Shown here: in pieces, positions 43,920 to 59,818 of the stretch | Layout: every line of letters begins with the position of its first letter | How positions within the stretch are numbered: position 1 is the first letter of the stretch | Source: Octopus vulgaris | Taxonomy: Eukaryota | Direction: 5' to 3' | NCBI GenBank assembly: GCA_951406725.2 | Contig: OX597819.1 | Span: 71,982,001 to 72,046,000 of the forward strand | DNA: 64,000 nucleotides | The notes under the pieces: model-generated | Told to the model about the DNA's origin: nothing | Seen by the model: only the letters and a program-made list of their open reading frames with translations | The model's database searches: none | Program-made: the position numbers and the translations under genes

Positions 43920-46203
43920 CACCATATGGTTGAGAAGTAAGCTTTTTACCACACAGCCACACCTGTGCTTACCTTAACTTTTAATTCACTTCGCCCATAT
44001 GAAGGTCTACGCGTGTGTTTCTCTATGTATGTGTGCCTACGTGCGTTTAGCGTTTGTACGCATGTCTCTGAGCGCTCGCTTGTGTATTGTATGTGTATGA
44101 ATTAATTTCTTAATTCATAACGAGCTGTTGAGCGGATTAGCACTGATCAATTTTGATTAATCAATAGTGATTGACAGGTTCTACTCTGTATGCCTAAAAA
44201 TGTTTTTCTTGTCGGTTTTAGGACCACAGTCGTGTTTAGTGACTTGAACGTGTGTGAACAAGTCTTTTAGGAAACATTTTATCCGTTTTGGTTCCTGACA
44301 TTTTAGATGGGTTATACGGTCGATAGACGGTCAGTTGGGTGAGTCGGTAGAGCTTTGCGGTAATCGTACTGGCTCTCTGCGCTCTAAGTTCAATTCTCAC
44401 CAAAGTCAGCTTCACCTTTCAGCTTTTCGAAATCAATATAGTTTGACCACATTACTCTGTACGGAGCATACGGCCAGTTATCGGTTTCGCTGGCTATTTA
44501 TTCACCCTGGATGGAACGCCAGCCTGACGTGCAGGCTTATTCATTTTTGCCAGTTGAGTGGACTGGAACAACATGAAATGAAGTGTTTTGCTCAGGAGTA
44601 CAATGTGCCACTTGGTCCAGGAATCGAAACCACAATCTTACGATCGTGAGTCAATTTTATAAGGTACCAATTCCGTCCTAGAGTCGATTCCTTTGTTTCT
44701 CTCTTTTTTCTATCAGTCCATTTTTGTCTTCCAGGAATAAATCCTCGGTGGCCCGTCCTAGAGAGAGACGAACCCCCCACCAGGTCAAAAATTTCAAAAA
44801 TGTGCCGTACGTGATGATGGTGCCCCTAGGACTCCATCAAAGAGGTGAGTTCCAATAGCATAGCATGGCATGCAATCAATAATGATTTTGTGCGATGCAA
44901 CAAGGTGGCCGAGCGAAATGTTTAGCGGCATTTTCGTCCGTCTTTACGTTCTGCGTTCAAATCCCGCCGAGAACAACTTTACCTTTCATCCTTTCGGAGT
45001 CCATAAAACAAGTACTAATTGAGAACTGGAGCCAATGTAGTCGACTTGTCCCCTCTTCTCAAAACTGTTGGCCTTGAACTTTGCATCGGACTGAGGTCAT
45101 GTTGAGAGTAACTATTGTGATAATCGGCCACTTATATGCCTCGGAAACCGGGTAACCGGCGTTATGAATTCAAGGGCTAGAGAGAAAAAGGTGTGGTCAT
45201 AGAAATGGTGATGACGTCGCTAGTAGAGATGTAGCGGTGGAGATTGTGAGAATGGCAGCTAGAGCAATGGCGCAGCTTATAACAAACAGTAGCGATGGAA
45301 GAGAGGAGAGAGGGTCATAATAAGAACTCAAGGAAATATTCTGACTAATCGTAACGTTTGTTGTAATTCCAGTGAGGTTTGGAGTGGTGGCGGAGGGAGG
45401 AGGGGAGAGTGATGGAACGCTTGAAATTACTTTGCTGGTAGCCATTGGTATGGACGGTGTCCTTGCTTGCAATGGCGGCGATGGTGGTCAATAACAGTTT
45501 TTTATTAACAGAATTTGTCAATTAGCCAATTCTGGGTGTACGGGTGGACCAGAGAACCAATCGTTAAATTGTGTGGACCAATAGCGAAAGGAAATGGAAA
45601 AAGAAACAAGCATAAAAGTAAAAAAAAAGCTGCAGATCAAGACACACACAAACACATATACACATAAATATACACACACATATACACATAGATACACACA
45701 GATACACACACAAATACATATGTATATTCATGCATAACTATGTACACACATACATATATATACATGTGTATTATGTATACACACACATATGTATGTATAC
45801 ACATACATTCATATAGGTACACACACACACATATATATATACACATGTGCATTGTGTACACACACATATATATGTATACATAAACATTCATTCGTATAGT
45901 CATGCATAACCATATACATGCATATATGTGTGTGTGTACTGTGTGTATATATGTGCACGCGCACACAGCAGAAATCAAACATGCTAGGAAAATAGGCCAC
46001 GTGATTGATTAGTCGATTGACTAGTTTTGTTTCTACAGCCAAACAGGCAACTTGATCACGTTTTCCTTTTATTTTTTATTTTATTTTATTTATTCATATC
46101 TATTTATTTGTTTGTTCATTATTGAGATCGATACCTGGTGAAATCACAGGGCCAAACCAAACTAGCATTTATAAAATAATGTACTATTAAACAAGTGTAT
46201 ACA

Positions 46204-46291
<88 letters not shown>

Positions 46292-46428
46292 AATAGTGGT
46301 ACATGTGTAGGTTCATACATATTAAATTATGTTTTTATACTTGTGTATGTGAGCAGTATGAGATATTTAACTTAATTTGATGATCTGTGTGTAATGCTAC
46401 CTTCATGAAACAATTTAGCCTGGTCGTT

Positions 46429-46806
<378 letters not shown>

Positions 46807-47299
46807 ACATTTGGGTTAAGGTGCAACTATACTCCGTCTCCGAATGCAGGACACATCAGGCGGTGAAGCTGCTCTACAGGTCTTTCGGCCCTTTCCCCAG
46901 CAACGCCAGAACAGCACTGACCCCCACCACCTGAAACACCCACCTATGCGTGGGCGTGTGTATGTGTCTATGTATTCTTAACATTAATTGTGTTGTTAAT
47001 TATTACTAATGATATTTATTAAATCATATTTTCATTTACTTTCATCGTAGATCTCATTACGGCCTTCACAAGCGATCTATAAATGTCGAATAGCCATGCT
47101 AAACCCACACATTTTTATCAATATTTATTTCCAAACACAAACAAAAGTCAAATTGAACCGACAGTCCTTTTATATTTTCATTCGATAAAAATTCTTCATA
47201 CGCCCGCTGCAACACCCGTTACGTCACACCTCAAGATCTTTTCCATTTTCTGAAATAAATAAAATAAGAAATTTGGTTGATTTTTTTTGTTTATAATTT

Positions 47300-47765
47300 G
47301 TTTGTTCCTTCTCGAGCCACGTTTGGCTTCATAAGAGTGAGAGAGAGTTGTGGCGAAAAGTGCCAGCAGAAGTTCGCATTTACCTTCTGCCGGAGCCGTG
47401 TGGAGCTTAAGTGTTTCGCTCATAAACACGCACATCACCCGGTCTGAGATTCAAACCCGTGATCCCTCGACAGCGAGTCCGCTGCTCTAACCACTAGGTC
47501 GTGTGCCTCAAATAAATGTTCCTTCTCGAGCCATGCCAAGCTCATAAGGACCGGTTTCCCGGTTTCAGTGGCGTAGAAATTCCCCAGCTGGACGGGACGC
47601 CGGTCCGTCGCAAGATTACTCATGTTTGCCAGCTGATTGGACTGGAGCAACGTGAAATGAAGTGTTTTGCTCAAGAATACAACGCATCGCCAGGTTCAGG
47701 AATTGAAACCACAACCTTACTATCATGAGTTCAACACCCTAACCACTAAGCCACGCGCCTCCACA
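47300..47765 (-). mobile_element. Two adjacent tRNA-headed SINEs sharing the family C tail
   Basis: Both end in GGCTCGAGAAGGAACA; their bodies differ. Confidence 0.75.
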
Positions 47766-48422
47766 TATTTATAATTTAACGAAATCGTAAATGAAAAATA
47801 TATTGAAGGATCATAAGGAAGAATCAACATGTCATCTATACTATAAAGAAGAAAGCTACTAATTAATTAATGGTGAGAATATAACTTTTACTAAAAGAAA
47901 GCAATTATTTCGTTTTTTGTGTCTGGTTTGCATGATTCTTTATGTGAATTCCTGTGCTCAAACAAATTGACTCTCCCTGGATACAACAAAAAGCAATAAT
48001 TAAAATTCGTTAAAGTACCCATTTTGATATATTTTTAGCTTCAAATTTCAGCTCAGAAAACTAATTTTTATTCACAACGGTATATTCATCTTACACTGCA
48101 GTTTTAACATCTCTGTTTATACTTTTCGATATTCAACACTACTTTCTACAGACATATCAGTAAAAACCATTCCTCCAAATGATAAGTTTAATCCAATGGC
48201 GGCCGAATTATGCTGACTCTAGTATCTCTTCGTTGCTTTTAAATAAACAGAAAACTGAATAAGAAAACAATTGCAGCGTAGAAGGTGTTTATAGGCCAAA
48301 GTGGTGTTAATTTATGTCAATTGGACTTAACTATGGAACATACATCTGCCCTTACTTTGTCTCCTCACAATTCTTTGAGAAATTGATATTTTTAAATGAA
48401 AATTTCTACAGACATATTTCAG

Positions 48423-48518
48423 ATGTACATTATTTACATTATTTACATTTGACGGATATTTGTCCTCATCCTGTTTGCTGTTAACACAACGTTTCGGCTG
48501 ATATACCCTCCAGCTTTC

Positions 48519-48573
<55 letters not shown>

Positions 48574-48747
48574 TTGAAAAATACCTTAGGAATGAGAAAC
48601 CATGTTCGAAATTTTCCCAAGACACCTGATGAAGGCTGGAGAATATATCAGCCGAAGCGTTGCGTTAACAACAAACAAGATGAGGACAAATATCCGTCAA
48701 ATGTAAATAATGTAAATAATTCCTCATCTCTCAAATATAGAACTGTA
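48423..48747. mobile_element. Hammerhead-bearing short repeat: partial inverted copy (48423-48520, -) plus (AAT)n plus forward copy (48571-48747, +)
   Basis: GACAC-CTGATGA-a-GGCTG..CAGCC-GAAGCGTT-GCGTT at 48621-48666. The inverted copy has an intact GAAACGTT-GTGTT half. Confidence 0.85.
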
Positions 48748-50836
48748 TTATGTTTCAGATGGTTTTGATTACGATTTATTATGAATTTATTATGAAAAAG
48801 TTTTTTCGGGGGTAAAGGATTGGTGTCTCGGATAATTCACACTCCTAATAGCGACAGGAGAGCGGTCTATCTGCTAGTATCTAGCACAAAAGAATCAAAA
48901 CACCTAGTATTCGGTGACTTGGCAGTATTGATAAAAGTGTTTTTTACTTGAAAATGATGCAAGTACATTCGAACAGCAGAAAACTCAGTGGATCAAATCA
49001 TAAAAAAAAATAAGGAAATCCTTTCTTATACGTCACACAATTCTTGAAAGATTCAAAAATTACCAAAACTTTGAAAAATCAGAACGTCTAACTTTTGGAG
49101 TCCATGAAATAGTACCAATTAAGTAGTCGACTTGTCCCCACCACCCATTAAAATTGTTAGTTTTGAACTCTACATGTCCCTGTACAGAAGAATTGTTATG
49201 ATACCGGTCACTTATATGCCTCGGTACAATCAATTCTCTATTTTCGACTGGAGATAAAAACTCTGCTATTCTAATTTAGTCATAGACACACTCCTAATAA
49301 AAATTCTGTGTATGTAATTGAAGCAGTATTAAATTAGAATAGCCATCTATGTATCATACATAACGTAGATTCCAAACACAACCTTAATAATGACATATAT
49401 TTCAATAAATTCTTCATTACATGGTTCTAGGTTCAGTCCCATTGCGTGACACCTTAGGCGAGTGTCTTCAACTGCAGCCTTGGGCTGACCAAGGCCTCCC
49501 TAGTGAGTGGTAGACAGAAACTGAAAGAAGCCCGTAGCATATTTTCGCGCACGAGCGCGCGTGTGTGTGTGTATTTGTCTCCCGCCACCGCCTGACAACT
49601 AGTGCTGTTGTGTTTACATCCCCGTAACTTAGCGCTTCGACCAAAGTGATCGACAGAAAAAGTAACAGGCTTTAAATGAATAAGAAACGGGGTCGATTCG
49701 TTCCACTAAAATTCTCCAGGGAGGTGCTCTAGTTTTGGCCGCAGCCTAATGACTGAAACAAATATAAGATAAAAGATTTCCAAAATTAATTAAAACAAAG
49801 GTGGAGCTTTGCAACAGAAATATAGGATGACAATTGTTATATTATATAATTATACTCTATATTGTGAAACTGCTTTCGTGTCAGTGGTTTTGGACTCTAC
49901 CCACGTGTCTGAGATAAAATCTCTCAGAGGTGTACTGCGATGAAAACACAAAATATATCGGAATGACACAAAAAATCGTCTCCGCAGCGGTTAACGAAAA
50001 TGTCAGATGCATTTCGCCCTTGTTGCACTTTGTCAATAATGTTTTCTTTCAATCACATATCTAAACGAAATTCATTCGTTTCCGATCATTTCTAGTATAT
50101 TCATATTTTAGTCATATTTATGTCTTTGTCTTATTCGTCTTTCTTTACATTTTTCTCTCTCACAACGCGCGTGCGCACTCTCTCTCTCTCTCTCTCTCTC
50201 TCTATCATTATCTTCCCCTCTCTCACACACTCTTTAAATGTCTATCTGTCTCTATCTCTTTTTTCCTCTCTATATCTTTAGTCCACTTTTCTCTCTTCTT
50301 CTCTTTCCTCTCTTTCCCTCTCCCTCTCCTTCTCTTTCTCTCTCGCTCTCCCTCTCTTATTTAAATTTTACTTTTTCCTCTTATTCGATGAGCATCTCCA
50401 AGCAACCATCTTCACTTTTATTTGTCAAGCATCTCAGCACTTAATTTTCGTTAATTGTTTCAATTTCAAAAACTTCGATATTTCGTGAGAATAGGCAGGA
50501 TCCGTGACGGAGATGGCCGACTTGATCGGGTATTGATCTATTGTTTATCGTTCCACCTTTTGTTATCTGAAAAAGATCTTCGTTTATTGTTTTCTTTTCA
50601 TCCCTTGCTTATCTTAGAACCGATCAATATTTATATAAGATATCTCTTTTAACCGACAGCTACGGCTATCTTAAATATACATACACACACACACACACAC
50701 ATGCACACACTTACATACATTCATACATACATACATACATAAATACATACATACACACATACATACATACATACATACATACATACGTACGTACACACAC
50801 ACGCACACACATACATATGTGTATATATATATATAC

Positions 50837-50884
<48 letters not shown>

Positions 50885-51386
50885 TTCCCAACACAGGGTT
50901 CCGGGTTCAGTACCGCTACGTGGCACTTTGTGCAAGTGTCTTCTAGTATAGCCTTGGACCCGGCCAAAGCCTCGTGAGTGAAACTTAAAGGCAGTCGTAA
51001 ATAAGTGTGTGTGAATGTGCAGGTGCGTGCGTTTGTCCCTCATCGCTGCTTAACAACCGATGTTTGTTAGATTATGCCCCCATAACAATAGCGGTTCGGC
51101 AAAAAGTGAACCGATAGAATGAGTAAGTAGTGGGGTCGAATCATTCGATTGAAAATTCTTCAAGGCGGTGCCCCAGCATGGCCGCAGTCTAACGACCGAA
51201 ACAACTAACAGATAAAAGAGGAAAAAGTAACACACATATTTACACGAACACATATACATACATACATACATACATACATACATACATACATACATACATA
51301 CATACATACATACATACATACATAAAAACATAAAAACGAATATATATATATTGAGAAAAAAAGTCGTCTGAATTCTCACCACTTTT

Positions 51387-51705
<319 letters not shown>

Positions 51706-51744
51706 TTTTTTTCTCAATATTAAATCCCTTTACACCACACCCCA

Positions 51745-51893
<149 letters not shown>

Positions 51894-52144
51894 TTGTATT
51901 TATGTACCATTTTGTGTATATTCCACTGATGAGGCAAAGCATTTCTTATGCAAAGCCAGAAATCTGGTTCGTGTGCATACGTCCAATAATTTTTTTACTA
52001 ATTTGTTTAGTACGCTTTGTCTTCTCTCCTGGTAAGGGGTAAAGACCCCTTCGGTCATGAATGACCATGGGATATGCACCTATAAAGTTACACACACACA
52101 CAGACCACACACACACACACCACACACACACACACGCCATATGT

Positions 52145-52192
<48 letters not shown>

Positions 52193-52525
52193 TTGTCGCA
52201 ACTCATTTCTACAGCTGATGAAGAGCAACGTGCATTGCCTTTGCTGGAGAACACAACATCGCAGCTCGGTTCTGGAATTCGAGCTCACAACCTCACGATT
52301 TTTTACTAGTTTATTTTGTCACTTTGTCCATCTCCTGGTCACTGCATGAATATTTGATGCGGTTTCAGAGTCAGTTTTTGACTGCTATCTCTTGCACGAT
52401 GGTATCTTTTAGATACCCTTAATTTGTATTCCCATGTTAGCCACTTGATATGATCGTTATTTTAAATAACGATCTTATCTTTATTTATATAAATATATAT
52501 ATCTATATATAGAGATATATATATA

Positions 52526-52558
<33 letters not shown>

Positions 52559-52572
52559 GTGTTTACATATAT

Positions 52573-52700
<128 letters not shown>

Positions 52701-52781
52701 TAATCTCTAGGCAGTTCCATTGTAAATATAGATTAGACAGTATTCTTAACTTTCTGAAAGGAAAATTAAAATAAAACTTAC

Positions 52782-52794
52782 CATACCCGATTGT
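52782..52794 (-). other. Possible 13-nt microexon
   Basis: TTGACATTTCACAG|ACAATCGGGTATG|GTAAGT; supported by splice signals only. Confidence 0.2.
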
Positions 52795-53174
52795 CTGTGA
52801 AATGTCAATGACTGACACAATGGTTATTAATGGATAAATCTATCTAATGGCATTTTGTATTTCTGAGAGACTCTCTGATGATTCTTCAACAACTGCGATA
52901 ACTTTTTCCCTGAAATCAAGATTGTTATATCTTTTTAACTTTTCTGTTTTGCTTACTTGAGTAATGTGACTTCGGTGAAAGTGGAGCACCGCTTTGAAGG
53001 TTTTAGTCGAACAGATGGACCTCGGTACGTTCTTTTTAATCTGTCTCTTTTGCTAAATATCGGGACATAAATAAACCAGCACCAGTTGTCAAGCAGTGGT
53101 GGGGGGACAAACAGAAACACAAAGATACAAGCACATACACTGGTACACACGCACACTATGTAGATAGATAGATA

Positions 53175-53600
53175 TGTTTCTTTATTAGCCACACAGGGCT
53201 GCACACAGACGGGACAAATTACAAGGTAGAGCTTTTCTTTTTGGAGATAAAAGAAAAGGTGGGTTGGTTTTCGATCAAAAGGGATCGTAAATGGAAAGAA
53301 AGAGGAAAGCAAAAAACAAATTAAAAAAATTAAAAATTAAAAAATTAAGAATTAAAAATAAAAGGAAAAAGAAAGATCGATCAATAGGGATCGTTATCAC
53401 AGAAATGTCAATATAAAGTGTAAAGGGGATGAAGGGTGAGGTTTACCCGTGGCAAGAAATGCCTACGGAAAAAGACCACGGTAACCTCGGCCAATGAAGT
53501 CACATGTTATATTTTTTTACAAATAAGCAACTCTCTGTATTAATTTTTACGGTTCATAGGATCATAGTCAAGGTGATTTCGTCATTCATACGTGCCATCC
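53175..53600 (-). mobile_element. Tx1/L1-type LINE copy 3 (3' UTR plus last codons), between GATA tracts
   Basis: Homologous to the 3' ends of the other copies; (GATA)3 on one side and a long GATA/GACA tract on the other. Confidence 0.88.
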
Positions 53601-53686
<86 letters not shown>

Positions 53687-53736
53687 AGAGACAGACAGAC
53701 AGACGGAGAAACAGAGAGACAGACAGACAGACAGAC

Positions 53737-53802
<66 letters not shown>

Positions 53803-53811
53803 GTAAGTAGG

Positions 53812-53902
<91 letters not shown>

Positions 53903-53905
53903 ATA

Positions 53906-55242
53906 TGTTTCTTTATTAGCCACACAGAGCTACACACAGACAGGACAAATTACAAGGTAGAGCTTTTCTTTTGGGGGTAAAAAACGGTGGTTTGGTTTTC
54001 GATCAAAAGGGATCGTAAAAGGAAAGAAAGAGGACAAAAAAGAGGGGGATAATTTTTTTTTAAAAAGGGGGGAAGGGAAAGGAAAAAAATTGATCAATAG
54101 GGATCGTTATCACAGAAATGTCAATATGAAGTGTAAAGGGGAGGACAGGTGAGGTTTACCCGTGGAAAGAAAAGCCTACGGAAAAGACCACGGTAACCTC
54201 GGTCAATGAAGTCACATGTTATATTTCTTTCTTTTTTTTTTTTTTAGCAAATAAGCAACTCTCTGTATTAATTTTTACGGTTCATAGAATCATAGTCAAG
54301 GTGGCTTCGTCATTCATACGTGCCATCCTTGCTACATTCACCCATCTTTTTTTTAAACATTCACTAGACAAAACTTGCCTCTCTACTCTCACTTTCCTCT
54401 TCAAGTGATACTTGAAGAAGTTGATGAGAGATTGACCAGAGAGGAAAGTGTTTGTCTCTAATCCTTTCAGGCGCGTCCACCAGATACATTCTTTCGCCAT
54501 AGCCACAAGTATGATAAAAATAGCTCTTCCTTCCCGTTTGAAGGAAGGAGGCGTGACGATATTAACGATAGACTCGGCTGATAAACCGACACGTCCCACA
54601 CGTGGCAGCAGTCGTTCGATATAAGCCCACAGGTCGGAGATTGTTGGACACTGCACGATTGCGTGCAGAGCGGTTTCGTCGCTCTGCCCGCATTTCGGGC
54701 AGATCGGCCCCGTGTTTCTCGAACCATGCCTACAGAGCTTATCCCGAACGGGTAACGCTTCTCGGTAGCACCGCCAGGCCAGGGATCTCTGGAAGTTGAC
54801 CATAGGTCCCGGCCCGAAAGTCGTTTCAAACAGGCGGGTCAGATATTCCTGGTCGACGCCCAGGTTTGCCCCAAGATCGTCGTCGTACCTCCCCTCCACT
54901 AATCCCCTATAGAATGCTTTGGTTGTGTTGAAGTCACTCAAGATCGACCCGGGTCGGCAGAGTTGCTGGAGAGCAACGCGACACTCGCGGTGCCATTCGC
55001 CCTTCCTCGGCCTCTTTTTGATCCACGACTGCAGTTCGGTCATGGAGACGAGCTGCGGGAAGCGTGCCTCACAAACGGCGACCACACCTGTTCACCGTCG
55101 TCTACATAGAGCCGGAGATGTCACAGTCTCAGCGCGTGTCTGCGCATCATCAACCATGGCATGCCCAGCCCTCCTTTTAACGGGTGTTGACAGCAAATGG
55201 ATCGCCTGACCTTCGGGACGCATCCTTTCCACAAGAAGCGGA
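53906..55242 (-). mobile_element. Tx1/L1-type LINE copy 4, between GATA tracts
   Basis: ORF 54282-55085 with zf-RVT C-x2-C-x8-H-x4-C (CPKC..ETALH..QC). Confidence 0.9.
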
Positions 55243-55249
55243 TAAATAA

Positions 55250-55352
<103 letters not shown>

Positions 55353-55704
55353 CGACGGACTTCTTTCAGTTTCTATCTTAAAAATCTGCTCACAAGGTTT
55401 TGGCTGATCCAAGGCTATAAGAGAAAACACTTACTCAAGGTGCTACACCGTAGGGCTGAAGCCTAAACCATGTGTTTAGGAAGCAAGCTTCTTACCGCAC
55501 ACCATATTTGTGTCTGTGGAGCAGATGTAAACTTCACGAGTGTTTGGTGGACTTTCTACACTGAATCGCCACGGTGTTCTACATTCTGCTGAAGTTAATA
55601 GAAATGCTGACGCTTTGATGGATGTGTCTCATAAGTGAAAGACTAAAGACTGACTTCACCACATTTACGAGAAAAGAAAGACACCGCTTAGTTTTTGTTT
55701 TGTT

Positions 55705-55830
55705 ATCTAGATAACTGCGGCCCGTCTGAGAAACGAGTCCCGCGAGGTAGAGTGGCTGTTGCAGCGAATGTTGCTGACCATTCTCCACGGCAACGCCTTT
55801 GCAATCATGCCAGCGAAGCGTGACTTAAGA
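55705..55830 (+). mobile_element. Possible 3' tip of a CRE-like RLE retrotransposon
   Basis: NESREVEWLLQRMLLTILHGNAFAI resembles the terminal QR...RGNA helix of CRE-type RLE proteins. Confidence 0.5.
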
Positions 55831-56258
55831 CGTCATTTTTAGGGAGGTATTTACAACCAGTTACTGACTCGCCGCGCCATCGTCTGCTGTTCAATTTCCG
55901 ACCCTTTTTTCTCCTTTTTCTGTTTCCTTGGTGAGGTCGTTATGGATGTTTCGATAATTCTTTTATACTTTTGATGTTCCTTCTTTCTTTCTTTTCTTCA
56001 TGTAAAAATATGTTGTTAATAAAACTGAAGATAATTACAAATAAAAAAAAGAATTCAAGAAAAAAATAAACATATCTTAAATATATAGATTTCAAATTTT
56101 GACACGAGGTCAGCAATTTCGGGGTGGGGTAAGTCGATTATATCGACCCCAGTGTATAGCTGGTATTTATCTTATCGGCCCTGAGAAGATGAAAGGCAAA
56201 GTCGACCTCGGTGGAATTCGAACCCACACAGCTTAAATATACTGTTAATGGTTACAGT

Positions 56259-56592
56259 GAAGGCGCATGGTTCAGTGGTTAGAGCGTCGAGCTTACGATC
56301 GTGGGGTTGTAAGTTCGAATCCCGGACCGGGCTGAGTGTTGTGTTCTTGAGCAAGACACTTTATTTCACGTTGCTTCAGTTCACTCAGCTGTAGAAATGA
56401 GTTGCGACGTCACTGGTGCCAAGCTGTATCGACCTTTGTCTTTCCCTTGGATAACACTGGTGGCGTGGAGAGGGGAGGCTGGTATGCATGGGTAACTGCT
56501 GGTCTTCCATAAACAACCTTGCCCGGGCTTGTGCCTCGAAGGGGAACTTTGTAGGTGCAATCCCATTGTCAGTCATGACCGAAGGGGGTCTC
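56259..56592 (+). mobile_element. tRNA-headed SINE family E, full length
   Basis: A box TGGTTCAGTGG, B box AGTTCGAATCC. Tail CATGACCGAAGGGGGTCT also occurs at ~52043-52080 (-). Confidence 0.8.
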
Positions 56593-56879
56593 AGCAGGTT
56601 ACAGACCAGTTTTATAAGGAAGGAAGTCATACAACTTTTAATTGCATCAATCGGAGAAAATTATGGGTACTCTTTCGTATTATGTAGTTCTTGTTTCAAA
56701 AGGGCTTAAATTAGGGGATACTCAATCATTTGGGCTCCGGGTGGAGGGACGGAGCTGTAGTGAGATCAACTTTAGAACCTTTCTTCCCCTGTGTGACTTT
56801 ACAGTGTTTGTAATGATTAAACATGAATAGGATTTGAACTCACGGAGATATAAGTAAACAATCTAATGTTCAAACCATT

Positions 56880-56919
<40 letters not shown>

Positions 56920-57522
56920 GTCTTAAGAAAATCAACATCCATTGACGAACAGACAACACCGTCAAAAAAGAAAAAGAACAGTTTTCTCGTTGCTATGGAT
57001 TTAACGTTGACACCACAAATCCATTACATAGAAACTCTGCTGTCAATGAGCTAATCCTAAAATGACTTGGCAACATTACCAATATCTGTAATGTCTGTTA
57101 TAACAATGTTCTCAATGCAAGAATCACTGCTATGATATAACATCTCTCGCATGCCTGCCTGTCTGTCTGCCTGCTCCAGCAGTTCTCGTGACGCCATCTA
57201 TATACACTACTAAAACAACTTCAGAAAAGACTTTTCTTTTGATTTCAACATTTTGCAGTTGTTATTGTCGATGCTTCTTTTGTTATTGTAAACTGTTTTA
57301 TGAAGCGGAGCTAAAATATTAAGATTTGATAATATTAACAATTTTTAGATTTTTTTTACCTTTTTCTTAAAAAAAAAGTTATACAATTCAATATAACGAA
57401 TACAACGATGGTATCTAACTATAGAATATAGTGTGATATTTTGTAAATATGTATAAACGCATGTATTCTCTAATGTGGTATGACGTCAAGGTGTTTATAT
57501 TGTATGGAATATTTATGTTGAG

Positions 57523-58096
57523 CAGTCGTTCTCAACCGAGGTCCATACGACCTTTCAGATTCCACATAAGATTTCTACACTACACAGATTATTTTAACAT
57601 TTTTTTAATACAATTTCAAATAATACAGAAATAACCTCACAGTACGAGTTTAGTTTGTTCCATGACCGAGTTCGTCTTATGATTTAGTCGTTTTACAAAT
57701 CAATTTTACAAATCGTTTCAGCCCCGCAAAACTACTCAAAAATATTTTTTTATGGATTTTAAAATTGAAAAGGTGTAGTTACGAGTAAAATGACAATTAT
57801 AAAAAAGAGAATGCAAAAGAAACATGTAAACTGGTTTTATTAACTGAATTACCTTCAAGATGAGACGATCTGTGCGCTCGTACTACGGATTTCCGCTCGT
57901 ACTTCAAGACAAATGTTCGCACGATTCTCGGCTCGTACAGCAAATTACTCGTGCAATGGGGCACTCGTACTGCGAGGTTCAACTGTATTTAACTATAAAA
58001 ACTTCATAGGATTGTCAAATGGCAATGAGGGTCAATTCCAAGTGAAACAGTAATCGCGGGGTGTCCACAGGGAAAAATAGTGGTTGAAAACCACAA
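57523..58096. mobile_element. hAT-type MITE with a nested pogo/Tigger-type MITE (57626-57985)
   Basis: Outer TIRs CAGTCGTTCTCAACC / GGTTGAAAACCAC. Inner TA|CAGAAATAACCTCACAGTACGAG...CTCGTACTGCGAGGTTCAACTG|TA. Confidence 0.65.
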
Positions 58097-59501
58097 GTGT
58101 AGAATATCAGCATGTCGGATAAAAGGATGAAAGGCAACGAGCTGACAGAATCGTTAGTGCGTCGGACAAAATGCTTAGTTGTATTTCTTTCGCTTCTTTT
58201 CGTTCTTAGTTCAAACTCCGCCAAGTCTGTCTTTGCCTTTCCTTCTTCTGGTGGTGATAAAATAAGTACCATATCGAGCACCGGAGTTGATGTAATTGAC
58301 TAACCCCAACTCTTCTCAAAATTGTTGTCTCTGTGCCAAAATCTGAAACCATTCTGTCATGTCGAAGTATTTTTGTTTTCTTTAATTTGAGATACCCAGA
58401 ACCCTCGATACTTCCGCTGTTTTCCAAACTGATGAGGTTCGTTGATCGTTTTACGATTCACAGAACAGCTTCTCGTATTTGTTTTGTTTCGTTTTCCTTT
58501 TGCAATCTCCATCCTGTTAAATAGTCATTTAAAACCTGTTTTATCGCTGTCTGCTTGCTGCTTTGATAGAAGTGACTTCCAATAAAAATAAATATCATTT
58601 TTAGGACTTTCAGAGTAACTTTTAACGCAATTATAAGAAATACAACTTAGGCGAACCCAACAAGTAAATTCGTTGCACAACATACATTTGCAAATAAAAT
58701 CAATGTTACACAACTTAAAAACGGTCGGCTCAACTTGTACGATCAATCATTCCAATGTATTTATGTATTAAATACGCAAGACGTGTAATCGTAAAAAGAA
58801 TCTAATACGGATTCTCCTTCTTCAGAGAACATTCACGCACCAGTGAAATGATCGGCGTAACCAAAACTAAGACATCACTGCACGGACATTGTAGACGGTG
58901 AAATACAAATGTACATCAGAAAAAGATTATTGCATTTGTGTATTTGACAATCAACTCGTTTATGCTTTACGATGTAGCTTAGCAGAAGCTACTATTTATC
59001 AATGCAGTGGAACATCAAACCAGAGGGAACCACTAAGTGGTCGTTCAACTTGCTAAAAAGGCTGCTAAATTTTCCTCAAATAACACAACACCGATTTGTA
59101 AAATGAAAGACACTGTAGAAAATAATGCCTTTGGTCACAGGTTTTCTTGATCAGAGCTGACCTATGGTCAAACAGCAACATACAGAACTTGGTAGTAGCT
59201 TCTTCAATTATTTCTGAGCATAGTACAGATTCCACTAAAGCGGCGACTTCGCAGTATCGTTAACACGCATACCAAAATGCTATCGGCATTTCGTCCGTCT
59301 TTACCTCAAATTCTGTCGAGGCCGACTTTTCCTTTCGTCCTGTCGGGGTCGATAAAATAAGAACCAGTTGAGGATTAGGGACAATATAACCGACTCACTC
59401 CCTTCCCCGAGTTTGCTGGCTGAATCGTTACCGTGCCGGGCAAAATGCTTAGCGGCATTTCGTCCGTCTTTATATTCTGAGTTCAAATTTTGCCATGGTC
59501 A

Positions 59502-59667
59502 AATGTACATTATTTACATCATTTACATTTGATGGATATTTGTCCTCATCTTGTTTGTTGTTAACACTACGTTTTCGGCTGATACACCCTCCAGCCTCCA
59601 TCAGGTGTCTTGGGGAAATATCGAACTTGGGTTCTCATTCCTATGGTATTTTTCGATGTTGTTGTTG

Positions 59668-59717
<50 letters not shown>

Positions 59718-59818
59718 TCTATTATTCAGATCATTGCCATATGCCCGTGGGCATGTGGTGTAGTGGTTAAGAGCGAGGCAACTAACCCTAAGATTCTGAG
59801 TTCGATTCCAAACAGTGA
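59502..59818. mobile_element. Hammerhead-bearing repeat (-) joined head-to-head to a tRNA-derived head (+)
   Basis: HHR at 59563-59609 (-). Near-palindromic junction CCATATGCCC-GT-GGGCATGTGG. A box TGGTGTAGTGG and B box GAGTTCGATTCC (59798-59809). Confidence 0.8.

Noticed and set aside
56262-56335. tRNA gene candidates (also 59749-59812 and 19261-19300)
   Set aside because: A/B boxes are present, but the acceptor stems do not pair and the sequence continues into repeat bodies, so these are SINE heads.
58424-58475. CTGATGAG followed by a hairpin
   Set aside because: No GAAA and no stem I; at best a very decayed motif.
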